A stretch of DNA of 19,937 nt from Armatimonadia bacterium (lineage in GTDB: Bacteria; Armatimonadota; Zipacnadia; Zipacnadales; UBA11051), in contig JBDKRC010000333.1 of the NCBI GenBank assembly GCA_039683575.1, forward strand, positions 1 through 19,937, read 5' to 3'. The notes under the pieces are model-generated. The model made no database searches. It was given only the letters and a program-made list of their open reading frames with translations, and was not told the origin of the DNA. The translations under genes and the position numbers were made by a program. This document shows, piece by piece, positions 8,660 through 17,501 of this stretch (positions are counted from its first letter, which is position 1; every line of letters starts with the position of its first letter).

Positions 8660-9136
8660 TTGCCGTCTGCCGTGCGCCGTTCGCCGTGTGGAGCGCGAAG
8701 TGACGTCCGCGTCGCAGGGCATCCCTGCCCGCATGCCGTTGCCGTAGGTGCGCGGGCATCCTGCCCGCACGCCGTTGCCGTTGCCGTTGCCGTAAGGCCC
8801 GAAGGGCCTTACGGCATCTAGCCAGGGCCGCAAGGCCCTGGTTCCCAGCCCAAATCATCTTGAGCCCCGAAGGGGCGACAGCCCCTCCGAACTGTTTTTC
8901 TGTTCGCCGTTCGCCGTTCGCCGTGTGGAGCCGCATGCCGTTGCCGTAGGTGCGCGCAGCGAAGTCTTCTTCGCAGGGCATCCTGCCCGCACGCCGTTGC
9001 CGTTGCCGTTGCCGTAAGGCCCGAAGGGCCGTCCGGCATCTAGCCAGGGCCGCAAGGCCCTGGTTCCCGGCCCAAATCATCTTGAGCCCCGAAGGGGCGA
9101 CAGCCCCTCCGAACTGTTTTCCGTTTTCCGTTCGCC
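8660..9136 (+). repeat. Composite REP cluster with two three-hairpin elements at 222-bp period
   Basis: CGTAAGGCCC at 8791 and 9013; each copy is preceded by GGGCATCCTGCCCGCAC(GCCGTT)3 and followed by heptamer tails. Confidence 0.92.
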
Positions 9137-9289
9137 TTCAGCCACCGGAACCGCCTCCTCACCCAACTTGTCCAATACTGTAGACACATCGCACGTGGGG
9201 GTCGTTGTGGCAGGTACGGGGTAGCGAAACGCCGAACTCATCTCACCAACTTCGACGCAGTGCTTCATCAACACGGAGATGCCCCGGCC

Positions 9290-10420
9290 ATGACAAAACG
9301 CCTCGGTTGGATGCTACTCATCCCCGCCTTCATTTTGGTGGCCGGCTGCGGCCGTCGCGCCTCCGACCCCGAGGCCCGCATCAAGAGCGACCTCGAGCGC
9401 TACGGCATCCCCGAGACTCTCGCCCGCGCCAAAGAGGCGGTCAAGGCCGATCCCAGCGCCCCCAACTACGACTACCTCGCCCGCGCCCTGAGTCGCGCCA
9501 ACCAGCCCCAGGCGGCCCGCCAGGCCCTCCAGAAGGCCGTCAGCCTCGATCCCACCTACGCGCCCGCGAGCCTCCTCATGGCCCGCCTGCTGATGGACCT
9601 CAACAAGGCCGACGCCGCCGAGACCCTCACCCGCCGCGTGCTCGAGAAGACTCCCAACTCGGCCCCGGCCAACGAACTGCTCGGCCGCATCCTCCTCAAG
9701 CAGGGCAAGGCCGCTGACTCCGAGACGGTACTCACCGCCGCCGTCAAGCGCAACCCGCGCGACGCCAGGCTCCAGTGGGCACTCGCCGACACCCAGAGCG
9801 TCCTGCAGCGCTACGACGAGGCCCTCAAGCACTACCGCCGCGCGATCAAGCTCGACCCCGAGCTGACCCGCGTCCGCATGTGCCTGGTCCAGACCCTTAT
9901 GAACATGGGCAAGCGGGACGAGGCCGCCGCCGAGGCTCTCAAGGTCGTTGAGCAGGACCCCAACTCCGGCGACGCCCGCTTCATGGCTGGCAGCGCCCTG
10001 CACCAGCTTGGCCGTTTCGACGAGGCTGTCGCCCAGTACAAAGAAGCCCTGGTCATTGACCCCGCTATGGTCCCCGCTGCCAACAACCTCGCCCTGCTCC
10101 TCGCCGACCAGGGCCAGGACACCGGCACCGCCGTCGCCTGGGCCCGCAAAGCCGCCCAGCTTACGCCGCGCAACCCTGCCGTCAACGACACTCTCGGCTG
10201 GGCCCTGGTCCGCCACAGCGAGTATTCCGAGGGCCTCCAGATCCTCCGCCGCGTCCACCGCCTGGAGCCCAACAACCCCGTCATCGCCTACCATCTAGGC
10301 TGGGCCCTCGCCAAGACCGGCGACAAGGCCAGTGGCCTGCCCCTGCTGCAGCAAGCCTCCAAGAGCCCGAACAAGGAGGTGTCGGATCAGGCCCAAAAGG
10401 CCCTCCAGGAATTCTCCTGA
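9290..10420 (+). CDS. Tetratricopeptide-repeat lipoprotein (376 aa)
   Basis: Lipobox LVAG-C after a basic/hydrophobic leader; serial TPR-like units; NNLA, DTLGW and YHLG motifs. Confidence 0.9.
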   Translation: MTKRLGWMLLIPAFILVAGCGRRASDPEARIKSDLERYGIPETLARAKEAVKADPSAPNYDYLARALSRANQPQAARQALQKAVSLDPTYAPASLLMARLLMDLNKADAAETLTRRVLEKTPNSAPANELLGRILLKQGKAADSETVLTAAVKRNPRDARLQWALADTQSVLQRYDEALKHYRRAIKLDPELTRVRMCLVQTLMNMGKRDEAAAEALKVVEQDPNSGDARFMAGSALHQLGRFDEAVAQYKEALVIDPAMVPAANNLALLLADQGQDTGTAVAWARKAAQLTPRNPAVNDTLGWALVRHSEYSEGLQILRRVHRLEPNNPVIAYHLGWALAKTGDKASGLPLLQQASKSPNKEVSDQAQKALQEFS

Positions 10421-10457
10421 GCCAGTCGCACATCAAAAGCAGCACCTGACGAAAGCC

Positions 10458-11324
10458 ATGACGAAACACCGTTCGCTACTGCACCTCGCCCTGTTCACAA
10501 TGCTGTGTCTGGGCATATTCATAGCGCCCACGTCCCACCGCACGCCTCCTGCCGTGCCTGACCAGGACGCGCCCACCACCGGCGCCGCCGAGGCCTCGTT
10601 GGTCCTGCCCATTCCCTTTCAGAACACCTGCAAGACCCGCTCCTGCCACGTCTCGCGCACCTGGAAGCTCATCGGCGGCGTGGGCGTCAACGCCGTCTAC
10701 ATCAACACCCGTCCCACCAGCGTCCGCTTCCTCACCGGCTTCGCCGCCGGGGCCGATCCCGTCCACGGCTACTTCCCCCGCGAAAACTTCTACCGCACGG
10801 TGAGGCGCTACGCCCCCCGCGTGGCCATCAACGGCACCTACTTCCACATGCTCAACGGCCAGCCCACCGGCGCCATCGTCCGCCACGGTGAATTCCTCTA
10901 CGACGGTCGCTGGGGCACCACCATCTGCATCGACAAGCGGGGCCGCGTGACCTTCCGCTACCAGTCCGGCACCTACGGCCGCCACCGCGGCTGGAAGGGC
11001 GTCGAAAACGCCATCACCACCGGCCCCACCCTCGTGCGTAAAGGCAGTCTCTGGCTCCGCCCCCGCCACGAGGGCTTCAAGGACCCCCGCGTCCTGGGCA
11101 TGGCGCGCCGCAGCGCCCTCGGCCTCACCTGGGACGACAAGCTGGTCCTCGTCACCGTTCACTCCAAAATCTCGCTCAACAAACTGAGCCACATCATGCT
11201 CCGCCTGGGCTGCACCGAAGCGGCCGCCCTCGACGGTGGCTCCTCCACCGCCCTCTACTGCAACGGCGAGTTCATCAGTAAACCCAGCCGCCGCCTAAGC
11301 AACGTCCTCCTGGTCTACGACTGA
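10458..11324 (+). CDS. Phosphodiester glycosidase (NAGPA) family protein, exported (288 aa)
   Basis: AINGTYF, GPTLV, RSALG, LDGGSST motifs; N-terminal hydrophobic segment. Confidence 0.88.
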   Translation: MTKHRSLLHLALFTMLCLGIFIAPTSHRTPPAVPDQDAPTTGAAEASLVLPIPFQNTCKTRSCHVSRTWKLIGGVGVNAVYINTRPTSVRFLTGFAAGADPVHGYFPRENFYRTVRRYAPRVAINGTYFHMLNGQPTGAIVRHGEFLYDGRWGTTICIDKRGRVTFRYQSGTYGRHRGWKGVENAITTGPTLVRKGSLWLRPRHEGFKDPRVLGMARRSALGLTWDDKLVLVTVHSKISLNKLSHIMLRLGCTEAAALDGGSSTALYCNGEFISKPSRRLSNVLLVYD

Positions 11325-11346
11325 TCACCAGGGGGGCCGACCGCCC

Positions 11347-11552
11347 CCACCAACGCCGCCGGTAGGAGCGCTCCCCCGAGCGCGACCGAATCCCGCTAAC
11401 CATCACCCCAGCCACCAACGCCGCCTGTAGGAGCGATCACCAGATCGCGATCATCACCGACCAACCCTTCGGGTACCCTCCCACACGACCGCTCACCGCC
11501 CTCCCCTCCCCCTGTTTTCCGTCTTCTGTTTTCTGTTTTCCGTTCTCGCCGT
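11347..11552 (+). repeat. GTAG-type REP pair plus pyrimidine heptamer tail
   Basis: GGTAGGAGCGCTCCCCCGAGCGCGACC (11361) and GTAGGAGCGATCACCAGATCGCGAT (11427), both preceded by CCACCAACGCCGCC; related inverted copy at 19620-19710. Confidence 0.82.
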
Positions 11553-11562
11553 GCTGACTCAC

Positions 11563-11595
11563 AAAAAAACGGGAGAGGCCTCGATCCTCTCCCGT
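11563..11595 (-). terminator. Rho-independent terminator of the small minus-strand gene
   Basis: Minus strand: ACGGGAGAGG-ATCGAGG-CCTCTCCCGT followed by a T-run. Confidence 0.85.
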
Positions 11596-11630
11596 CTCGT
11601 TTCTTCGTATTCGCCAACGCGCCAGCCCCC

Positions 11631-11813
11631 TCAAGCCGCGCGTAGCTCCATCTCGCCTGCCGGAACCCCTGCCACTCTCTGCCGCCGCACCACCTTCACC
11701 ACTCGCCGTCTCTTCCGCGGCTTCCACCCCAGAATCCTCGGGGCCACAACATACATAAATCCCAACCAAAGCAGAATGTCGAACCCGTTTACGGCGCCCT
11801 GTGCTGTGTACAT
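11631..11813 (-). CDS. Small single-helix membrane protein with basic tail (60 aa), candidate SOS-regulated
   Basis: MYTAQGAVNGFDILLWLGFMYVVAPRILGWKPRKRRRVVKVVRRQRVAGVPAGEMELRAA; RBS GGGAGAG, own promoter and own terminator. It is the 3' part of the listed 11631..12026 ORF. Confidence 0.72.
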   Translation of the reverse strand: MYTAQGAVNGFDILLWLGFMYVVAPRILGWKPRKRRRVVKVVRRQRVAGVPAGEMELRAA

Positions 11814-11833
11814 TGGTCTCTCTCCCACATTTA

Positions 11834-11880
11834 GCACGGATGTTCGTCGAACAACTGTGCTAAATATAGAACCAACGTAC
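11834..11880. promoter_or_regulatory. Three LexA-like operator boxes (GAAC-N4-GTRC)
   Basis: GCAC-GGAT-GTTC 11834-11845, GAAC-AACT-GTGC 11849-11860, GAAC-CAAC-GTAC 11869-11880; similar to the GAAC-N4-GTTC SOS box of Firmicutes/Actinobacteria/Chloroflexi. Confidence 0.68.
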
Positions 11881-11891
11881 ACCTTTGTCAA
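11863..11891 (-). promoter_or_regulatory. Sigma70-type promoter TTGACA-N17-TATATT
   Basis: Perfect -35 at 11886-11891, 17-nt spacer, 5/6 -10 at 11863-11868, pointing at ATG 11813. Confidence 0.82.
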
Positions 11892-11943
11892 GATCTTCTT
11901 CCTGAACTTGCACACCCAAAACGCGCTCTTCCTCCCCCTCTCC

Positions 11944-12000
11944 GCGTGCCGGAGGCACGCCCATTCCTCAGACCGGGGTTTCAACCCCGGGCGGCCTACG
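11944..12000 (-). repeat. Two hairpins, GTAG-REP-like, just after the GT-B gene stop
   Basis: GCGTGCC-GGA-GGCACGC and CCGGGGTT-TC-AACCCCGG, with GTAG 5' of the latter on the minus strand. Confidence 0.6.
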
Positions 12001-12004
12001 CATC

Positions 12005-13864
12005 TCACCCCCGCCCATACCCACAAATGACCTCCGCAATCCTCCTCGTCGCCCCTCCATCCCGCGGCCCCATATGCGCCTCCCCAAACCCCTCCCGCTT
12101 CCGCGCCAACTCCTCCCGCACTGCCTCCTCCTCAAGCACCGATCGTATCGCGCCCTCAATATCCTCCAGCCTGTACACTCCCAGCGCCCCGCCCGTCGCC
12201 GCGTACGGCAACTCCTCCTCCCACCGGCTCAAGTTGATCGTAATCGCCGGCTTCCCCAGCAGGTTCGCCTCGAACACCACCGTCGAGTCCCGCGTGATCA
12301 TCATGTCGCAGGCCGCCAGCAACTCATTCAGCGGCAACGTTCCATGCGGCACCAGCACCACGCGGTCGTCCCCCTCCACCACGAGCTTGCGGTACAGGGG
12401 CAGCGTCTTCTCATCATCGGACGGGTGCAGCTTCAGCGCCAGCCGCACTCCCAGCTTCCGGCACGCCGCCGCTACCTCCGCCAGCCACCACCCTTCCGGC
12501 TGATAGAACATGTGCTCATTGAACTGCGTGCAAAGCACCACCAGCCCTCTCACCCCCTCGCGCAGTGCCAGCACCTCCGCCCGCGGCTGCACCGGCTCCT
12601 CCGGCTGGTCATACAGCGAATGGCCGGTCACCGTCACCTTCATCTCCCCCTCCCGCGCCCTCCGCATGATCTCCGCCGCGTACTCCCCGAACACCAGCTT
12701 CTCATCATACGGCAAACACGGCAGCGCCAGGTACCGCGGCCCGATCACCCCATGCTGCAGACAGACCCGCGCAATCCCTCGCCGCTTTGCCGCAATCACC
12801 ATCGGCGCAATCACCGGCCCGTACACATGAAACCCCACGACCACCCGCGGCGTGTAGGCATCGAGTGCCGCATGTGCCGCCTGGCTATGCGCCCACCACG
12901 ACGGCGCATCTCGCCAGAGCACCACCCGCAGCCTGTCCAGCACCGCCGCAAACTGCCGTGGCGAGAACTCACTCCTCACCGCCAGGGCCTGTGCCCGGTC
13001 AGCAATGCCCTCCCACCACCCCGGCAACCGTCGGGCAATCTCCCGCGCCCCCTCCAACACGTCCGCCGTCTTGAACACTGAGATATCGTTATACCGCAGC
13101 CCCGTCCTCGCCAGGGCCTCACGCGACCCGTAGTAGTCAAAATCCAGGGTCTGCACCGTCGCCCCACATTCGCGCACCGCCGGATCGAGCCGCCGAATCA
13201 GCTCCGTGCTCGATGCCCCCACACTAAGCCAGAGCGCCTCACAAGCCTCTGCCTTTGCCAGACTCTCATCCCCCGCCGCCCTCTCCGCGTCTCGCGCCAC
13301 CGCTGCCAGGCTCCTCTGGCCATACCGCCGCGCCGCAACTCCAATCAGCCCCTGCCGCACAGCCCGCAAAGTCCTCCCTGGCCGCAGCCGCATCCGCACG
13401 CCCCTCTCCGCCAGCAGATCCGCCACCGCCGGCTCAAGCAGCTCCCGCCCCGACCACCAGCCCGCACTCCGCCAGTTCTCAAGGATCAGAGCCTCCCGCA
13501 CTCCCTCCCCCAAAGCCCCCCGCACCATCGCCTCATTGGCCAGCAGCGGCCCAATCGAGAACATAGAGAACCAGCCGCTATAGGCCTCCCAAAACTCACG
13601 AAGCTCCACCGGCAAAGCCTCACCCAGCGCCATTGCCAGCGACCGCGAACGCATATTCAAAGCCAGCACATTGTCCTTAACGGGGGAATGTTCAGGAAGT
13701 CGAGAATAAGCCGCCTCAACCAGCCCCTCCAGCCCAGGCAACACCGTCCCTGAGGCAGGCGAGCGGTCAGGATCAACCCCAGGCCCCAGAACAACCAATC
13801 GACCCACGGTAGGAGCGCTCCCCTGAGCGCGACCGCCCTCCAACACGCTGTCGGTATGCGTCAT
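12005..13864 (-). CDS. Surface-glycan biosynthesis protein, GT-B/CDP-glycerol glycerophosphotransferase-like C-terminus (619 aa)
   Basis: CLQHG, VFGE, VTG, LKLHP, DSTVVFEANLLGKP, DGGATRRI motifs; ATG 7 nt after the kinase stop. Confidence 0.75.
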   Translation of the reverse strand: MTHTDSVLEGGRAQGSAPTVGRLVVLGPGVDPDRSPASGTVLPGLEGLVEAAYSRLPEHSPVKDNVLALNMRSRSLAMALGEALPVELREFWEAYSGWFSMFSIGPLLANEAMVRGALGEGVREALILENWRSAGWWSGRELLEPAVADLLAERGVRMRLRPGRTLRAVRQGLIGVAARRYGQRSLAAVARDAERAAGDESLAKAEACEALWLSVGASSTELIRRLDPAVRECGATVQTLDFDYYGSREALARTGLRYNDISVFKTADVLEGAREIARRLPGWWEGIADRAQALAVRSEFSPRQFAAVLDRLRVVLWRDAPSWWAHSQAAHAALDAYTPRVVVGFHVYGPVIAPMVIAAKRRGIARVCLQHGVIGPRYLALPCLPYDEKLVFGEYAAEIMRRAREGEMKVTVTGHSLYDQPEEPVQPRAEVLALREGVRGLVVLCTQFNEHMFYQPEGWWLAEVAAACRKLGVRLALKLHPSDDEKTLPLYRKLVVEGDDRVVLVPHGTLPLNELLAACDMMITRDSTVVFEANLLGKPAITINLSRWEEELPYAATGGALGVYRLEDIEGAIRSVLEEEAVREELARKREGFGEAHMGPRDGGATRRIAEVICGYGRG

Positions 13865-13871
13865 GCGCGCC

Positions 13872-14888
13872 TCAGATCCGCCGCACGGTCAGCCCCGGTC
13901 CCGGGAAGAACCGGATCAACCGCTCCGCCCCCGCCTCCAGCAGCCGTGCGCCCATCCAATTGGGGTCCTCGTGCAGCGCGATGATCGTGCCGCCACGCCC
14001 GGCGCCCGACAGCTTCGCCCCCAGCGCCCCATGCTTCAGCGCCGCCTGAATCAGCCTGTCATTGGCCTCGCCACATCCTGCCAGTTCGCAGGTCAGCGCG
14101 TGGTTCTCGTTCATCAATTCGCCGAGCCACTCCCAGTCGCCCAGGAGCAGCGCCTTCTTACCCAGCCGCCCCAGCTCGCCGATCCGCTCGAAGCCCTTAA
14201 CCCGCGCCGGGTCGCCATTCTCCCACTGCCGTCGCGGCTCGGCATGAAACTCACCAGAGGCGCGCTGGATGCCGGTGTTGGCCAGAATGAAGGGCAGCTT
14301 GGTTGCATCATGTGTAAGGCACTCGACTGTCGCATACGGCGCCTCGCGGCCGTCGCCGTGGTCCGCTTTGTCGCGCAAGTCTATGCAGTTACAGCCCCCA
14401 AAGATGGCCATGTAGTGGTCCTGATAGCCGCAGTGCACGCCGAGCTCGTACCGCTCGATTCGCCGTGCCAGCTCTGCCAGTTGGTGCCGCTCCACTGTCA
14501 CGTTCAGGTGCTTGAGCACCCCTGCCAGAATTACCACCAGCATCGCTGTAGAGCCCGCACAGCCCGCCTTCAGCGGAATTGAACTCTGCGCCCGCACATG
14601 GAAGGTCGCATTCGGGTCAAGCAGACCTTGCTCAGCAAACTCCGACGTCCGCAGGTACCGCCAGACAGCCTTGGCCACATCGAGGTAGTGCATATCGGGC
14701 ACGTAGTCGAGATCCTCGGGCCCGGCAATCTCAGCAAAGTGGCCGTAGATGTCAAAGATCAGGCGCGGGCTGTCGGATATGACAGCCTCGGCACGCTCGC
14801 TGATCGCGCAAGACACCACGGTGCCACCGTATATATCAGAGGGATTACCAATAATGCCGCCGCGACCCGGCGCGCTGGCGTGAACCAT
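13872..14888 (-). CDS. GHMP-family sugar kinase, glucuronokinase/HddA-like (338 aa)
   Basis: APGRGGIIGNPSD, IPLKAGCAGS, CGYQD, AKLSGAGRGG. Confidence 0.85.
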   Translation of the reverse strand: MVHASAPGRGGIIGNPSDIYGGTVVSCAISERAEAVISDSPRLIFDIYGHFAEIAGPEDLDYVPDMHYLDVAKAVWRYLRTSEFAEQGLLDPNATFHVRAQSSIPLKAGCAGSTAMLVVILAGVLKHLNVTVERHQLAELARRIERYELGVHCGYQDHYMAIFGGCNCIDLRDKADHGDGREAPYATVECLTHDATKLPFILANTGIQRASGEFHAEPRRQWENGDPARVKGFERIGELGRLGKKALLLGDWEWLGELMNENHALTCELAGCGEANDRLIQAALKHGALGAKLSGAGRGGTIIALHEDPNWMGARLLEAGAERLIRFFPGPGLTVRRI

Positions 14889-15016
14889 AGAAAATACCTT
14901 GCTTTCCCGTCATCCACAGGAGCCAGACACCCGCTAACGCCAGCGCTCACGCGTGGATGAACTACTATAATGAGTATAGGCAGCCCCCCCAACCCCGTCA
15001 AGCCAACCCGCCCAGC

Positions 15017-15092
15017 GCGGGCCTCTAGCCCGCAGTCGTCATCCCCGACCAACCCCTCCGCTGTAGGGCCGGGGCTCGTACCCGGCCGGCCG
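15017..15092 (+). repeat. REP-like hairpins including CTGTAGGGCCGGGGCTCGTACCCGGCC
   Basis: Variant of the unit at 16871; also GCGGGC-CTCTA-GCCCGC. Confidence 0.7.
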
Positions 15093-15208
15093 TTATCCCC
15101 GACCAACCCTCGCCCCAAATGGGGACGGAGCCTCTGCGCCGCGACTACCTTACGCGGAACCCTCACCCCGCCCATCGGCGCAGAGGCTCCGTCCCCATTT
15201 TGACCACC
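15093..15208. repeat. Long inverted-repeat (MITE/REPIN-like) element, copy 2
   Basis: Perfect 25-bp arms 15117-15141 and 15176-15200; shares flanks with 7609-7729. Confidence 0.85.
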
Positions 15209-15298
15209 CAGCTCGGGATTCGTCTCGCAGGTCTTATCCGCCCTCCCGTCGAATTCACCCCACGTAACTCCAACACCCCAACGGAAGAAGGTCTGCCG

Positions 15299-16858
15299 AT
15301 GACTCGCCTGTGGCCGTCCCTGTTACTCGTGCTTGTCCTCGTCACCGCTGCCCACGCCGACGTGAAGCTCCCTGCCCTCGTGGGCGACAACATGGTTCTC
15401 CAGCAGCAACTGCCCCTGAAGATCTGGGGCACCGCCGACCCGGCTGAGAAGGTCACTGTGGCCTTCCACGGCCAGACCGTCGAAGCCACCGCCGACGCCC
15501 AGGGCGCCTGGCTGGCCACTCTCAAGCCCATCGCTGCCGGTGGCCCGTTCGACATGACCATCACCGGCAAGAACACCATCACCCTCAAGAACATCCTCAT
15601 CGGCGAAGTCTGGGTCTGCTCCGGCCAGTCGAACATGCAGATGACGGTACAGAGCAGCGCCAAAGCGCCCGAAGAGATCGCGGCGGCGAACTACCCCCAG
15701 ATCCGCCTGTTCAGGGTGCCGAACAAGACTGCCGTCGAGCCGCAGACCGATGTCGTGAGCCAGTGGCAGGAATGCTCCCCGGCGACCGTGCCCAGCTTCT
15801 CAGCGGCCGGCTACTTCTTCGGCCGTGACCTCTACAAGGCCCTCAACGTCCCCGTAGGGCTCATCAACAGCTCCTGGGGCGGGACCGCCGCCGAGGCCTG
15901 GACCACCGTCCCGAGCCTCAAGGCCGACCCGGAATACCAGACCATGTTCGAGCGCTGGGACAAGATGATCGCCGACTACCCGGCCGCCAGCGAGAAGTTC
16001 AAGGAAACCATGGCGAAGTACAACGCCGACGTCGAGGCCTGGAAGGCCGCGTGCGAGAAGGCCAAGGCTGACAACCAGCCCCTCCCGGCCCAGCCGCGCC
16101 GCCCCTACGCGCCCAACGGCCCGGACAGCCCCAATCGCCCCGGCAACCTCTACAACGGCATGATCAACCCCCTGATCAACTTCGCCATCCGCGGTGCCAT
16201 CTGGTACCAGGGCGAATCCAACGCGGGACGGGCCTACCAGTACCGCAAGCTGATGCCCCTCATGATCACCGACTGGCGCACCAAGTGGGGCTATGACTTC
16301 CCGTTCTACCAGGTCAACCTCGCCAACTACATGGCCCGCAAGGACCAGCCCGGCGACAGCGCGTGGGCCGAACTGCGCGAGGCGCAGACCATGACCGCGG
16401 CCCTGCCGGACAACGGCCAGGCTGTCATCATTGACGTGGGTCTGGCCGACAATATTCATCCCACCGACAAGCAGACCGTAGGCAACCGCCTCGCCGTGCT
16501 GGCGCTGGCGAAGACCTATGGCAAGGGCAATGAATGGTCGGGTCCGATGTATGACAAGATGGCCGTCGAGAATGGCAAAATCCGCCTGTCCTTCACCCAT
16601 GCCGACGGCATGGCGACCAAGGACGGCGGGCCTGTGAAGGGCTTTGCTATCGCCGGAGAGGACAAGAAGTTCGTCTGGGCCGAGGCCAAGATTGACGGCA
16701 AGAGCATCGTTGTCAGCAGCCCCGAAGTGGCCGCCCCGGTCGCGGTGCGGTACGCGTGGGCGGACAATCCTGACACGAATGTGTACAACGCCGCAGGCCT
16801 GCCCGCGGTCCCGTTCCGGACCGATGACTGGCCCGGTTGCACGGCCACTGCGCACTAG
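15299..16858 (+). CDS. Sialate O-acetylesterase (SASA, SGNH) family protein, secreted (519 aa)
   Basis: Signal peptide ...TAAHA; DNMVLQQ, GEVWVCSGQSNM, WGGT, WYQGESN, IHPTDK, VRYAW, PFRTD. Confidence 0.93.
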   Translation: MTRLWPSLLLVLVLVTAAHADVKLPALVGDNMVLQQQLPLKIWGTADPAEKVTVAFHGQTVEATADAQGAWLATLKPIAAGGPFDMTITGKNTITLKNILIGEVWVCSGQSNMQMTVQSSAKAPEEIAAANYPQIRLFRVPNKTAVEPQTDVVSQWQECSPATVPSFSAAGYFFGRDLYKALNVPVGLINSSWGGTAAEAWTTVPSLKADPEYQTMFERWDKMIADYPAASEKFKETMAKYNADVEAWKAACEKAKADNQPLPAQPRRPYAPNGPDSPNRPGNLYNGMINPLINFAIRGAIWYQGESNAGRAYQYRKLMPLMITDWRTKWGYDFPFYQVNLANYMARKDQPGDSAWAELREAQTMTAALPDNGQAVIIDVGLADNIHPTDKQTVGNRLAVLALAKTYGKGNEWSGPMYDKMAVENGKIRLSFTHADGMATKDGGPVKGFAIAGEDKKFVWAEAKIDGKSIVVSSPEVAAPVAVRYAWADNPDTNVYNAAGLPAVPFRTDDWPGCTATAH

Positions 16859-16869
16859 CCATAGCCAAA

Positions 16870-16951
16870 GCTGTAGGGCGGGGGCTCGTACCCCGCCGGC
16901 CGTTGTCTACGACCACCCGAGCGGCGGGGTACGGAGCCCCCGCCCTACAGC
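16870..16951. repeat. Inverted GTAG REP doublet (REPIN-like)
   Basis: CTGTAGGGCGGGGGCTCGTACCCCGCCG and its inverted copy at 16922-16950 (one indel). Confidence 0.88.
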
Positions 16952-17216
16952 AGATTTGTAGCCCGACAGTGACCTGATACCCCGCCATTGATTGTATGGT
17001 TTCATATAATCTGGTGAGGTATCTGCTTTGTTATCAGAACAGTTTGACTCTTTTGGGAGGTATTTCGCGCGGCTTTGTCGAGCCACCGAGGGGTGGGGTT
17101 GGCAGAAGGTGATTTGGGGCTGTGGGGCTATACGGGGGGCCTGCGGCCATTGTGGACTATTTAAGGTTTTCGTTGAATAGTGGCTATTTGGGCCCTGCAG
17201 CGGCCCCGGAAATCTG

Positions 17217-17225
17217 TGATACACT
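17217..17225 (+). promoter_or_regulatory. Candidate extended -10 (TGATACACT)
   Basis: TGnTACACT about 280 nt upstream of the GRE start; no -35 seen. Confidence 0.35.
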
Positions 17226-17501
17226 CGAAATGGCCCTGAGAGCCCCGCAGAGGCTCTTTTCAGCCATTTGGCACTTCCCAGCGAATCGATAATTCACAGC
17301 ACTCGGCGCACTACTCCGAGCCTCCGAACCGTGGAAATCTCGGCGGCGAATCCCTCGTTCTACACCCCCTCTGTCGCCGTAATGCAGCGCTTCTCTACCC
17401 GGCAGAATACCACTTTGCCAGATAGCGTCCAGGCCTCGGCAGGACTCTGGCTAGCAGTCTGCGAAGGGGGCACTGCAGACAGTCACCCCAAGGAGACGGC
17501 A

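Noticed and set aside
7905-9080. 391-aa minus-strand ORF with internal repeats (also 148..582)
   Set aside because: Antisense to real genes and runs through translated REP sequence.
8660-9136. Possible CRISPR array
   Set aside because: Units are over 100 bp, the intervening DNA is itself repetitive, and there are no unique spacers or cas genes.
9140-9289. G-rich patch upstream of the TPR gene as a riboswitch
   Set aside because: No recognisable aptamer consensus or convincing stem.
11814-12026. N-terminal extension giving a 131-aa ORF
   Set aside because: It crosses the promoter, operators and hairpins; ATG 11813 has the RBS.
16988-17010. TTGATT...TATAAT promoter
   Set aside because: The spacer is only 11 nt and no gene is nearby.
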